A DNA stretch of 64,000 nt from a bacterium Ga0077546 (GTDB lineage: Bacteria; Cyanobacteriota; Vampirovibrionia; Obscuribacterales; Obscuribacteraceae): the NCBI GenBank assembly GCA_943369735.1, contig CALROJ020000003.1, positions 4,701 to 68,700 on the forward strand. The letters run 5' to 3'. Position 1 is the stretch's first letter; each line of letters begins with the position of its first letter. The notes beneath the pieces are model-generated. The model did no database searches. It had not been told where the DNA came from and worked only from the letters and a program-made list of their open reading frames with translations. The position numbers and the translations under genes are program-made. Below are positions 1 through 8,906 of the stretch, piece after piece.

Positions 1-1068
1 CGCTTTATCACTGAACTGCTTGGGCCAGAACTTTGCGCCTATATCGACCTTGGTCCAAGTTCTGGTTTCATTCTCAATCCCTTCGACCTTGGCCCTGAAG
101 ATAAAGAAGGAGAGCCGTCTGCTGATAAAATCAGTTCGCTGCTCTCGCTCTTAGACTTGATGCTTTCTCCTGAAGGACGCGAAGAGTTAAACGTTGAAGA
201 AAAGTCACTTTTAGATGGTTTGATTCGCGTTGCATACATGGACGCACACTTCAGAGGTGTCATTCCGACGATGAGTGATTTGGCCAGAGTAACAGCTCAG
301 GCTGCCGCTGATGAAGTTGATCCGCTACAACGTGATCGCCTCCAGCAATTTGCTCGCGGCCTTTCTCTGTTCACCAGAAGTGGTGCCTTCGGTGGTTTGG
401 TTGATGGACATACAAACGTCGATATCGAAAAATTATTCATCGTATTTGATACCAGAGAAGTGAATGAGCCTAGGCTTGAGCGGATTGCTGTCTATATCTT
501 GGCTGAGTTTATTCGAAGACGGGCCGCCGATTCTAAGGCTCGCGGTCAACGCTTCGCTGCCATCATCGACGAAGCTGCCACTCTTATGCGGTTCAAAGCC
601 GGAGCCAGGCTGTTAGACGATTTGTCGAGAAGAGCTAGGCACTACGGTATGATGCTCGTCACTATCACCCAGCAGTTGAAAGACTTCTTTAGACAAGCTG
701 AGCAGGCCGATTCCGTCGTCAAAAACTCGCACATGAAGATCATGCTCAGGCAAGATCCGTCAGACCTAAAAATGCTCAAAGAAACTCTCAGGCTGACAGA
801 TGCCGAGACAGTGGCAATCGAGAACTTCTCTCGCGATGAAGAAAAACGGCGCGATAGCCAATGTTTGCTCATTGTCGGTTCGGTACACGGCACCATCCGC
901 TTGGTACCAAGCCCAATGGACTATTGGATCTGCACGTCTGAGCCAATCAAAGATATACCCCGCAGGCTCGATATGATTAAAGAAGTTAAGGCGAAAAATC
1001 CGAAACTCTCACACACTGACGCTTGCAGGCAGGCTGTGTACTATCTAGGCCTGCAGCACGAGGGATAA
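1..1068 (+). CDS. VirB4/TrbE/TraC-family type IV secretion/conjugation ATPase, C-terminal part (5' end outside the window)
   Basis: Frame 1 is open from base 1; the ORF track only starts it at an internal Met at 157. The translation shows NPFDL, a Walker-B-like AAIIDEAATLM and RRARHYGMMLVTITQQLKDF. This matches the C-terminal motif layout of VirB4/CagE/TrbE ATPases. The Walker A region would lie upstream of the window. Confidence 0.6.
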   Translation, partial: RFITELLGPELCAYIDLGPSSGFILNPFDLGPEDKEGEPSADKISSLLSLLDLMLSPEGREELNVEEKSLLDGLIRVAYMDAHFRGVIPTMSDLARVTAQAAADEVDPLQRDRLQQFARGLSLFTRSGAFGGLVDGHTNVDIEKLFIVFDTREVNEPRLERIAVYILAEFIRRRAADSKARGQRFAAIIDEAATLMRFKAGARLLDDLSRRARHYGMMLVTITQQLKDFFRQAEQADSVVKNSHMKIMLRQDPSDLKMLKETLRLTDAETVAIENFSRDEEKRRDSQCLLIVGSVHGTIRLVPSPMDYWICTSEPIKDIPRRLDMIKEVKAKNPKLSHTDACRQAVYYLGLQHEG

Positions 1069-1069
1069 A

Positions 1070-1567
1070 GTGGAAAAGCTCTTTCGATTTAGCAAATGGT
1101 TCATTCTCTTCTGTGCTCTTCTGGTAGCAGCTAGATTGGCTCAGCAGTATGTTGCCGACAAGGCGCTGGAAGAGCGGGCTGCTGTGATCGGTGAGCGTGT
1201 CTATGGTTGGCGCTGGCATAATCTTTCTGGTGATTTGCAGCTCAACAGTCAGGCGAAAGTGATCGAGGCGAAAGTTATCAAAAGAGGCCCAAATGATGGG
1301 CAAGTGCGCATTCAAGGCAATCAAGTCGTGATGGCGCCAGAGTCAATGCCAGAAACTAAGGTAACTACCGGCGTTCAACAACAAGGAGCAAACCCAAAGA
1401 ACAACTCAGGAGCGGCTCAAGTGAAGCGGGATGAGGATAAATCTAGCCCTGAATCTAGTATTGAATCTAGATCGAGTCTGAGACCTCTAGAAAGCAAGTT
1501 CACAGCCGTGATCACTCTCTACAAAGAAAAAGACAGGTGGCTCTTAGGCAAAGTGGAGGCTGAGTAA
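1070..1567 (+). CDS. hypothetical membrane-anchored protein
   Basis: GTG start one nt after the upstream stop codon. One N-terminal hydrophobic helix (WFILFCALLVAARLA) is followed by a Ser/Glu/Gln-rich low-complexity stretch. No family recognised. Confidence 0.5.
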   Translation: MEKLFRFSKWFILFCALLVAARLAQQYVADKALEERAAVIGERVYGWRWHNLSGDLQLNSQAKVIEAKVIKRGPNDGQVRIQGNQVVMAPESMPETKVTTGVQQQGANPKNNSGAAQVKRDEDKSSPESSIESRSSLRPLESKFTAVITLYKEKDRWLLGKVEAE

Positions 1568-1570
1568 TTT

Positions 1571-2113
1571 ATGTATTGGAGAGTTCAGAAAATAGGACCA
1601 GAGCAGCTCGTTAAGCTCTATGGCGTGCATTTGCTTTTGGTTTTTAGCTTGTTAATCAATGGTTTTCTCTGGCTCAGTCGGCCGCAGAAATCTATGCCCA
1701 CTGAAGTTAAGCAAGACGTAGAGGCCTTCTCGCGTAAAGTCACGGGGCACTTGCTTGATACAAGTTATATTACTTGCGAAAACAACATGACCCAACTGCG
1801 TGAGGAGTTAGGGCCAACACTGGCCGCTAATCTCACCAATCAGGGTGTCTTGCCGAAGAATGCGCAAGACATGCACGCCCTTGTTCTCGACATGCAAGAG
1901 CGCAAACAAATTTGTGCAGTGCGCATAGATCAAGTGCAAGTGAGCGAACCCAACCAACAAGGCCTTATTCCTGTTCAAGTATCTGGTGTTTGCGCTATTC
2001 ACTCGGCAGCAGAGACCGCTGAGAGACGTTTCATCTTTCAGTATCTGATTGGTCAAAGAGCAGGCACAACGCAGCTCTTGCTCACTCAGTATCAAGATTT
2101 GTCGCCTAATTAA
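1571..2113 (+). CDS. hypothetical single-pass membrane protein, possibly VirB8/DotI-like (NTF2-like) T4SS component
   Basis: ATG 3 nt after the upstream stop. One N-terminal TM helix (LLLVFSLLINGFLWL) is followed by about 130 aa of alpha+beta-looking sequence. The family call rests on architecture and context only. Confidence 0.45.
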   Translation: MYWRVQKIGPEQLVKLYGVHLLLVFSLLINGFLWLSRPQKSMPTEVKQDVEAFSRKVTGHLLDTSYITCENNMTQLREELGPTLAANLTNQGVLPKNAQDMHALVLDMQERKQICAVRIDQVQVSEPNQQGLIPVQVSGVCAIHSAAETAERRFIFQYLIGQRAGTTQLLLTQYQDLSPN

Positions 2114-2149
2114 GAGCGGTCATATGATTGGCAAGCAAGAGAGGACATT

Positions 2150-2770
2150 TTGTTTTCAGGAATAGTTGAAGAAGTCGGTCCGGTGCTTGAAGTCAAAGAC
2201 ACTGAAGATGGCCGTTGGCTTAAGATTGGGGCAAAAGAAATACTTGCTGATGCGGCCCTAGGAGAGTCGATAAGCTGCAGCGGCTGTTGTTTGACTGTGG
2301 TTGAATTCGGCGCTGATTGGTTTGCGGTAGAAGCTGTAATTGAGACATTGCGGCGAACCAAGATTGGTGACCTCAAAGTTGGAAGTAAACTAAACCTTGA
2401 AAAAGCACTGCGGGTGAGCGATCGCCTTGGTGGTCACATCGTCACTGGTCACATTGATACGGTGGGCAAAATTGCCAGCATAGTAGAAGAAGGATTCTCC
2501 TACCTGGTTGAGGTCAATTTAGAAAGTCGCTGGGCGCCTTTCTTTGTGGAGAAAGGATCGGTCGCCATGGACGGTGTTTCTCTTACCGTGGCAGATTGCG
2601 GCGAAATTCCAGAAAAAGCAGAAGATGAGTTTTGGTTTAGGGTTGCTCTGATTCCACACACATGGAACGTAACGACCCTTGGACAGCTCAAAGTGGGCTC
2701 ATCTGTCAACATTGAAACCGATATCATTGCCCGCTATGTGGCTCGATTGACCAATACTAATCATAAATAA
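2150..2770 (+). CDS. ribE: riboflavin synthase (alpha chain)
   Basis: TTG start 4 nt after AGAGAGGA. The N-terminus MFSGIVEEVG and the internal duplicated barrel (GHIVTGHIDTVG) are typical of riboflavin synthase. Confidence 0.9.
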   Translation: MFSGIVEEVGPVLEVKDTEDGRWLKIGAKEILADAALGESISCSGCCLTVVEFGADWFAVEAVIETLRRTKIGDLKVGSKLNLEKALRVSDRLGGHIVTGHIDTVGKIASIVEEGFSYLVEVNLESRWAPFFVEKGSVAMDGVSLTVADCGEIPEKAEDEFWFRVALIPHTWNVTTLGQLKVGSSVNIETDIIARYVARLTNTNHK

Positions 2771-2856
2771 AGTTGATCAAACTGTTCCATCACTGACCTT
2801 TCAGGGCTATGCTTTGTCTGTGCTTGGCATATGTGTAGCGCGTATTTGGGGATCAC

Positions 2857-4113
2857 ATGGAAGCTGACTCTGAAATTTTTGATTCAATCGAAGAGGCTTT
2901 GGCCGACCTTCGAGCCGGAAAATTTGTCGTTGTATCTGACGATGAGGGGCGCGAGAACGAAGGTGATTTGATCTGTGCTGCTGAGTTGATTACTCCTGAG
3001 ATGATCAACTTTATGGCCACTGAAGCAAGAGGCTGGATCTGCTTGTCGCTTACCAGTGAACGAGCACGCGAACTAGATTTGCCGATGATGGTGGCCCGCA
3101 ACACCGAATCGCAAGGTACCGCTTTTACAATTACTGTTGATGCTGATGCTAAATTTGGTGTCACTACTGGTATCAGTGCCTATGACCGGGCTACTACGGT
3201 AAAAGTGGCTGTAGATCCACTCTCGCAGCCTGGTGACTTGAGACGCCCTGGTCATATTTCACCGTTGATTGCTAAAGACGGTGGTGTGCTGCAGCGGGCT
3301 GGTCATACAGAAGCCGCAGTCGATCTGGCGAGACTGGCTGGTTGCAACCCTTCTGGCGTGATTTGCGAAGTGATGAATGCTGATGGCACCATGTCGCGGG
3401 TACCGCAGTTGCGGGAGTTCGCTACTAAGCATGGCATTAAGTTCGTTAATATCGCTCAGCTGATAGCTTATCGCCTAGTGCGTGAGCGCTTCATCGTGCG
3501 CGAAGCTGAGTGTGAGCTACCATCAGCATACGGCACATTCAAGCTCTATGCCTATCGCAATGTCCTTGATGGCAGCGAGCATATCGCTGTGGTCAAGGGT
3601 GATGTGGTCGGTCAAAGTGACGTCATGATCAGAGTGCACTCTGAGTGTCTCACCGGTGATGTTTTCGCTAGCCTGCGCTGCGATTGTGGCCCTCAGCTAG
3701 AAGCGGCTATGGCTCTCATTGCCAAAGAAGAGTGCGGCGTACTGGTATATTTGCGCCAAGAAGGTCGCGGCATTGGTTTGCTCAACAAAATTAAGGCCTA
3801 CGCCCTGCAAGAGGCTGGTCAAGACACAGTGCAGGCCAATGAGTCACTCGGCTTCAAACCTGATCTTCGAGACTATGGAGTTGGTGCTCAAATATTGAGT
3901 GACCTTGGCCTTTCATCGGTGCGCATTATTACAAACAATCCGAGAAAGATAGTCGGTCTTGAAGGTTATGGCTTAGAAGTGACAGGGCGAGTCAGTATGC
4001 CGCCGTCTTGCAATAGCCACAACATGAACTACTTGTTCACCAAGAAAGAAAAGCTCGGTCATTGGCTTGAGCTGTCTAGTAATCAATCTGTAAAGGAGAG
4101 TGGTAATGTCTAA
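2857..4113 (+). CDS. ribBA: bifunctional 3,4-dihydroxy-2-butanone-4-phosphate synthase / GTP cyclohydrolase II
   Basis: DHBP synthase motifs ([23 protein letters not shown]) are followed by GCH-II motifs ([25 protein letters not shown]). Confidence 0.92.
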   Translation: MEADSEIFDSIEEALADLRAGKFVVVSDDEGRENEGDLICAAELITPEMINFMATEARGWICLSLTSERARELDLPMMVARNTESQGTAFTITVDADAKFGVTTGISAYDRATTVKVAVDPLSQPGDLRRPGHISPLIAKDGGVLQRAGHTEAAVDLARLAGCNPSGVICEVMNADGTMSRVPQLREFATKHGIKFVNIAQLIAYRLVRERFIVREAECELPSAYGTFKLYAYRNVLDGSEHIAVVKGDVVGQSDVMIRVHSECLTGDVFASLRCDCGPQLEAAMALIAKEECGVLVYLRQEGRGIGLLNKIKAYALQEAGQDTVQANESLGFKPDLRDYGVGAQILSDLGLSSVRIITNNPRKIVGLEGYGLEVTGRVSMPPSCNSHNMNYLFTKKEKLGHWLELSSNQSVKESGNV

Positions 4114-4636
4114 AGGTGAACCCGAAGTTATTGAAGGACGTTTGATTGCTACAGGTTTGCGTTTTGCAATCGTTGTCAGCCGCTTCAACGACTTTATCAC
4201 CAAGCCCTTGCTTGATGGGGCTTTGGAGACGATCAAGCGCCACGGTGCTGATCTAACCGCTGTGGAAGTAATGTGGTGTCCTGGTGCATTTGAAATTCCA
4301 CTCGTGGCTAAGCAAGCTGCTTCTAGCGGTCGCTATGATGCGGTAATTTGTTTGGGTGCGGTTATCCGCGGCTCAACTGCTCACTTTGATTTCGTTGCTG
4401 GTCAGTCGGCCTCCGGGGTTGCTGCTGTCGCTTTAGAAACGGGTCTGCCTGTAATCAACGGCATACTTACGGTCGATTCTATCGAGCAAGCAATTGAGCG
4501 GGCCGGAACCAAGGCTGGTAACAAGGGTTCTGAAGCTGCTGCTTGTGCCATCGAAATGGCTAACTTGCTGGCCGCCATGAAGTCTCATGCTGAAATTAGC
4601 CATGCTGACAAAAGTGCGCGCCTAGAAAAAAAATAG
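4106..4636 (+). CDS. ribH: 6,7-dimethyl-8-ribityllumazine synthase
   Basis: ATG at 4106 lies 5 nt after AAGGAGAG; the track start at 4100 is GTG. Lumazine synthase motifs present: [27 protein letters not shown]. Overlaps the ribBA stop. Confidence 0.92.
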   Translation: MSKGEPEVIEGRLIATGLRFAIVVSRFNDFITKPLLDGALETIKRHGADLTAVEVMWCPGAFEIPLVAKQAASSGRYDAVICLGAVIRGSTAHFDFVAGQSASGVAAVALETGLPVINGILTVDSIEQAIERAGTKAGNKGSEAAACAIEMANLLAAMKSHAEISHADKSARLEKK

Positions 4637-4694
4637 ATTGAAGCAAAAAATAGATTGAAGCAGTAGATTGAGAAGTCGACTGAAGCAGTAGATT
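4628..4694. repeat. short tandem/direct repeats immediately after the ribH stop
   Basis: aaaaaatagattgaagca occurs twice in tandem, offset 17 nt (4628-4645 and 4645-4662). gaagcagtagatt occurs twice (4658-4670 and 4682-4694). Confidence 0.8.
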
Positions 4695-4777
4695 AAAACG
4701 GTTTTATCTCGCAGGCCTGAACTTTTTGCCTTGCTTCTTCGTACTAATAGAAGTAACGACTCTGTGAGGTGCGAAAA

Positions 4778-5866
4778 ATGGTTAAGGGCAAGACAACGTT
4801 GGTAGCTGCGGTGGCCTTGGCCATGACTATTACTTCAATCCTTACTTCTCTTCCGGCTCAATCTAGGGGTGGCCATGGCGGTGGTCGAGGTGCCGGTGGG
4901 TTCGGCGGCGCCGGTCGTGGAGCCGTGGGTGCCGGGGGATCAGGTAGATTCGCCGCTGCTAGAGCTTCTGGGCAATTCGGTGGTGGCCAGATGCGCCAGC
5001 GCTTTACTGGTATGCAAGGGGGGATGCAAGGCCGCAATTGGGGCGGCAATAGAGCTGGCCAAGGAGCTGGTCAAGGCCTTGGTCAGAATTCGGGCCAAAC
5101 CCTCGGGCAAAGTCAGTCTTCTAATAATTCTTCTGCTGCTTCCAGCGGTCAGAGAGTCTGGAACTCGCCCAATTCTTATTCGAAGCATAGCGAAGGAAGC
5201 ACGGCCAACGGTGGCAGCTACGACCGCAATAAATCAGTAAGCGCTGGCAATGGTGAAGGCTACAACAAGTCTGTTGGTACAACAGGAACCACGGCCAATG
5301 GCGGCACCTACGATCGCAGCAAAACAGTTTCTTATACGAAGGGTGAGGGCGTTACCAAGTCTGTAGAAACCACTGGAACCACAGCCAATGGCGGCACTTA
5401 TGACCGCTCTAAGTCGGCCACTGCAAGCAGTGCAGAAGGTTATAACAAGAACGTATCCACCACTGGCACCACCGCTAGCGGCGGAACCTACGACCGCAAT
5501 AAGACAGTTAATGCAGGTACTGGTGAGGGTTATAACAAGAACGTTTCTACCACTGGCACCACCGGCAACGGCGGAACCTATGACCGCGATAAGACAGTCA
5601 ATGCTGGCACTGGCGAGGGCTATAGCAAGAACGTATCCACTACTGGCACCACCGCTAGCGGTGGAACATATGACCGCGATAAGACAGTCAATGCTGGTAC
5701 TGGTGAGGGCTATAACAAGACAATTTCGACCAGCGGCACAACTGCCGATGGCCGCACCTATGAAAAAACTAGATCTACCCCGGTGCCAAAGCCACAAGAG
5801 CCAACCGCAGAAGCTGGCACTGGCACTAGTACTAGCACTAGCACTGGCTCTGCGGCTCCGCAATAG
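4778..5866 (+). CDS. secreted glycine-rich protein with tandem 30-aa repeats
   Basis: ATG at 4778 lies 8 nt after GTGAGG. Signal-peptide-like N-terminus (VAAVALAMTITSILTSLPAQS), then a GGxG/RGG-like region, then repeats TTGTTANGGTYDRxKTVxAGTGEGYNKNVS. Confidence 0.6.
   Translation: MVKGKTTLVAAVALAMTITSILTSLPAQSRGGHGGGRGAGGFGGAGRGAVGAGGSGRFAAARASGQFGGGQMRQRFTGMQGGMQGRNWGGNRAGQGAGQGLGQNSGQTLGQSQSSNNSSAASSGQRVWNSPNSYSKHSEGSTANGGSYDRNKSVSAGNGEGYNKSVGTTGTTANGGTYDRSKTVSYTKGEGVTKSVETTGTTANGGTYDRSKSATASSAEGYNKNVSTTGTTASGGTYDRNKTVNAGTGEGYNKNVSTTGTTGNGGTYDRDKTVNAGTGEGYSKNVSTTGTTASGGTYDRDKTVNAGTGEGYNKTISTSGTTADGRTYEKTRSTPVPKPQEPTAEAGTGTSTSTSTGSAAPQ
5201..5775 (+). repeat. about 6.4 tandem copies of a 90-nt coding repeat
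   Basis: Unit starts (acggccaa/accgctagc...) fall at 5201, 5291, 5381, 5471, 5561, 5651 and 5741, exactly 90 nt apart. Confidence 0.9.
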
Positions 5867-5868
5867 CT

Positions 5869-6699
5869 CTAGGCCTTAGTTTTATCTAAAAGCACTTTGA
5901 TGATGAAGGCTACTCGCTGTGCTGCCGCTTGCACAGCCGGGATAATCTCGTTTTTGTCTAAAGTTTGTCGGTATTCATTGTTAGAAATGGCTCGTATGGC
6001 TAGATTGGGTATGCCGTGAATAGCCGCTACTTGAGCTATATACGCGCTTTCCATGTCTTCGGCGTCAACGGCGAAGTTGTCGCGCACAAAATTGAGCTGT
6101 TCTAGGCCTTTTGTCCAGCCATCGAGTGAGCCCACAGTGCCGGCTATCATTAGCGGCTCTCGCGCTGCTAATTCTTGGGGCCAACCGGGCCCATTCCAGC
6201 AAGGGAAGCTAGCCTTTAGCTTGCCGCTCGCAGCCAAACTCTGTTCGATTAAACCCTTGTCTCCATCTAGCTGGTCGAGTCGCACGGCCTGGCCATCTTT
6301 TAAGTAGCGAATAGAAGTGGTGGCCATGAGCAGTGTTTTGCGCACTGCTAGGGTTTCTTTTGAGCAGATAATTTTTGTGGCGGCACCAAGGACGATATCT
6401 CCAGGTAGTAGGTTTTCATTTATCGCCCCGGCCGCTCCGCCATGCAAAATAAAATCAGGCTTTGAGTCAGAACAATTGCCAATTAAGTGCTCACATGCGG
6501 CTGCAGCATTGGCTGGTCCGATGAAAGATATGATAACGGTGAGCTTCAGATCGGCTAGCTCGGCTGAATAAATTTGCCAGGGTGATTGCGAAATGAGCCT
6601 GAGCTGGGGAATAACTTCGAGAAGTGGAGCTAGCTCAAAATTGGTTGGCATGACAATGCCAATGTGCTTGGGCTTGTTGCTCTCTGGTTTTTCTTTCAA
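5869..6699 (-). CDS. PNP_UDP_1-family nucleosidase (MTA/SAH nucleosidase, futalosine hydrolase or HpnG-like)
   Basis: IGIVMPTNFELAPLL near the N-terminus, HGGAAGAI, and DAEDMESAYIAQVA..IRAISN match the nucleoside phosphorylase/nucleosidase fold. 4-nt overlap with the upstream gene. Confidence 0.55.
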   Translation of the reverse strand: MKEKPESNKPKHIGIVMPTNFELAPLLEVIPQLRLISQSPWQIYSAELADLKLTVIISFIGPANAAAACEHLIGNCSDSKPDFILHGGAAGAINENLLPGDIVLGAATKIICSKETLAVRKTLLMATTSIRYLKDGQAVRLDQLDGDKGLIEQSLAASGKLKASFPCWNGPGWPQELAAREPLMIAGTVGSLDGWTKGLEQLNFVRDNFAVDAEDMESAYIAQVAAIHGIPNLAIRAISNNEYRQTLDKNEIIPAVQAAAQRVAFIIKVLLDKTKA

Positions 6700-8213
6700 T
6701 CGGCTTTAACGCGCTCAGGCAGTTCGTCGGCATGGAAATCGGCCAAGCCTGGTACATCTTTTGATGCTATAGGATTGTCCCGCAAAAACTTTTCTATGGT
6801 GCTAGTGATACGCCACAACTGAAAAAGATTGCCTTGGGCTTCGACATCGCGCATCAGCACAGCTCGGTGTAGTAGCAATTTCTTTTGAATCAAGCGCGAC
6901 AGAGTCATGCCGCTAAAGTGGAAGCAGATGTCTGGCTTATCGAGGCTAGGATCAAAAGGCACCACCTCTGGTTCGCCATTGGCCTTAGAGCGCAAGAGCC
7001 AACCGTGAATGCTACCAGCTCTTAAATGAAAACCAATGCTGGTTCCGTTGATTTTAGCTTCTTTGAGCGCACCTTGCTCAATGCGCTCTGGTACAAATTT
7101 TTCAAAATAATAGTGGGCCAGCTGCTCGGAGTAATCTAGACTGCTTGGCTCTTCGACCACAGCTAAGTGTTCGCCCCAGTTGTGGCTTTTTGCAGCTTTG
7201 ATCAGTTTGTCGAAGTATTCTTTGTCGAGGCGCACCGGCAAAATTTGATAGCGACCGGCTACTTCATACAAGTTGCGTGTTTTCACTTGCACATCATCGA
7301 GCAAGAGCTTTCGCAGAGTGCTCGGTAGATTTAAGCCATCTTGCTCAGCGCATTGAATCTCTGGGCAGTTTAGCGACTGGGCCAAATGCGCAAGCCATTC
7401 GCGATTGAGCGTCATCTGAGTTGAAACCAGATTGCATATGCGGGGCCTGGCATTGTCTTCAATAAAATGGAAGAAAGTGCTTACTGCTATGTCAATTGGT
7501 AAGAACCAAAGAGTCGAATCTGGATTGTAGGCCAGTTTTAGTGATGAGGCGGGGAAGAATGGCTTGGAGGCTTCTTGTACAAGCTCTTTCAGTAGGCTGT
7601 GAACGCCTGAATACTTAATGGTCTCACCACTTTTAGTGTCACCGCTAATTAGCGGTAAGCGCACCAGATACCAGGGTGACTCTGTGCCACTAAGGCTCTC
7701 TAATACTCGTTGCTCATACTGTTGGCAGGTGCTTTCCCAATTGCTTAGTGGTTTGCGTCTGGCGAATTCTAGTTCTTCTGGAACAACCCCGTCTTTTTGC
7801 ACACCGCCCCAGATGGACGAAACAATAAATGTTGGTGTGCCTTTGAAAGCTTTGATTATTGCTCTGAAGTCAGCTCCTGCTAAAGGAGCACGGGGTGAGC
7901 GCGCTTCGTCGAAATTAGGAGGTAGCGCACTGAATATGATGGCATCGTACTTGTTAAATTTAACTGCTTCACCAGGTTCAACAACTTTCAGTCTGTCCCT
8001 AAAAACGCGCTCGTCTTCCTTTCCACCTAAGGCAGAATAGAGCATGTTTTGAGCCTGGGTCTTAAGATCAAGGGGGGAGAGGCTCAAGAGGTTAAGTGAA
8101 GATTTGCAGGCAAAGTGCACATGCCAGCCGCGCTTGACTAAATAGGCCGCTAGTGGGCCGTTGAAGGCGGTCACTGGACCCCAGATGTATGCAACTTTTG
8201 GATTGGTGCTCAT
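6696..8213 (-). CDS. Rossmann-like (atypical SDR-like) protein with C-terminal SCP2-like lipid-binding domain
   Basis: The N-terminus KVAYIWGPVTAFNGPLAAYLVKRGWHV looks like a degenerate dinucleotide-binding fold with no clear YxxxK. The C-terminal roughly 110 aa (ICFHFSGMTLSRLIQKKLLLHRAVLMRDVEAQGNL) resembles an SCP2 sterol-carrier domain. Confidence 0.35.
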   Translation of the reverse strand: MSTNPKVAYIWGPVTAFNGPLAAYLVKRGWHVHFACKSSLNLLSLSPLDLKTQAQNMLYSALGGKEDERVFRDRLKVVEPGEAVKFNKYDAIIFSALPPNFDEARSPRAPLAGADFRAIIKAFKGTPTFIVSSIWGGVQKDGVVPEELEFARRKPLSNWESTCQQYEQRVLESLSGTESPWYLVRLPLISGDTKSGETIKYSGVHSLLKELVQEASKPFFPASSLKLAYNPDSTLWFLPIDIAVSTFFHFIEDNARPRICNLVSTQMTLNREWLAHLAQSLNCPEIQCAEQDGLNLPSTLRKLLLDDVQVKTRNLYEVAGRYQILPVRLDKEYFDKLIKAAKSHNWGEHLAVVEEPSSLDYSEQLAHYYFEKFVPERIEQGALKEAKINGTSIGFHLRAGSIHGWLLRSKANGEPEVVPFDPSLDKPDICFHFSGMTLSRLIQKKLLLHRAVLMRDVEAQGNLFQLWRITSTIEKFLRDNPIASKDVPGLADFHADELPERVKAD

Positions 8214-8231
8214 TATTTTGCTTGCCAGTCT

Positions 8232-8906
8232 CTATCTGGATAAAAAGTTGCTGAAACTCATGTCTGTATTGGTTAGGCAAGTACCGGCGATTTCGTCTCC
8301 CAGCCTCATACTATCCTCCCTGTCATAAGACCGGTAGCTTTCGATGGGCAGTATTACGAATAGGTAAAGGGCCGAAATCGCCACAACGACGTTGCCAATA
8401 GCCGACACGGTCGTCGTTAGTGGCCCAATTGCCTGCACTGGCAGACTATGGGTGAGTAAAGGCAGTAGCAAATTTAACAACAGCGCAAGTACCTGACAAA
8501 TTAACAGAGGGCCGAGATAGATACCGTTGCGCTCAATAACTTGCCGCAGCGATGGTGAGTTGCCCGAATAGATGTCAACCACCTGGAAGCCCATTAAGTT
8601 CTTGCCAACGCCCCGGCCTTCGAAGAAATAGTCGCGAAAAATCAAATAGATCATAATAATCATCTGACTTGTCATGAAAATATTGACCACTGGCAATAAC
8701 ATCAAGAACATACTGGCCAAGAAACCGACGCCAAAATCGATACCAAGAGCCGTTACTCTCCGGCCTGGCTCGATGCGCTCTGGCTCAACAACGGCATCGG
8801 CCCTCTTCTCTTCCAAAGATTGATTGAAGGCATGCCAAAGTTCAAGCGGCGAGCGCTTTTCTGTTTTCTTTAAATTTCGTCCTGAACCAGATGATGGTCT
8901 AGGCAT
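8232..8906 (-). CDS. RDD-family membrane protein
   Basis: Polytopic hydrophobic protein with IFRDYFFEGRGVGKNLMG, typical of RDD domains. I prefer the internal ATG at 8906 (MPRPSS...) over the track start at 9032. Confidence 0.5.
   Translation of the reverse strand: MPRPSSGSGRNLKKTEKRSPLELWHAFNQSLEEKRADAVVEPERIEPGRRVTALGIDFGVGFLASMFLMLLPVVNIFMTSQMIIMIYLIFRDYFFEGRGVGKNLMGFQVVDIYSGNSPSLRQVIERNGIYLGPLLICQVLALLLNLLLPLLTHSLPVQAIGPLTTTVSAIGNVVVAISALYLFVILPIESYRSYDREDSMRLGDEIAGTCLTNTDMSFSNFLSR

Noticed and set aside
2114-2856. FMN riboswitch (RFN element) in front of the riboflavin genes.
   Set aside because: Only 36 nt precede ribE and 86 nt precede ribBA. That is too short for the roughly 140-nt RFN element, and I saw no conserved RFN core sequence.
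4634-4692. Stop-codon read-through of ribH. The TAG at 4634 is followed by in-frame TAG at 4664 and TAA at 4691.
   Set aside because: The extension would be a short peptide encoded by the spacer repeat, with no homology logic. Repeated in-frame stops are expected by chance in a TAG-rich repeat.
4628-4694. CRISPR-like arrays among the short tandem repeats (also 50923-50966, 51963-52019 and 31375-31438).
   Set aside because: The units are 13-19 nt and directly abutting or nearly so, with only 2-4 copies and no unique spacers of 25-40 nt. No cas genes are present.
4858-5879. Long ORFs in alternative frames and on the minus strand inside the repeat-protein gene: 4869-5240 (+), 5388-5879 (+), 5234-5863 (-) and 4858-5049 (-).
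   Set aside because: They lie entirely within the Gly-rich, 90-nt-repeat coding region. Their openness follows from the repetitive, stop-poor composition. They have no start context of their own and give implausible low-complexity translations.
7618-8040. Antisense ORFs of 60-146 aa embedded in large genes, for example 7618-8040, 16059-16424, 26476-26916, 33191-33517, 54001-54315 and 58490-58756.
   Set aside because: Each lies wholly inside a longer ORF on the opposite strand that has clear family motifs. Their translations are Ser/Arg/Leu/Pro-rich, as is typical of antisense frames.
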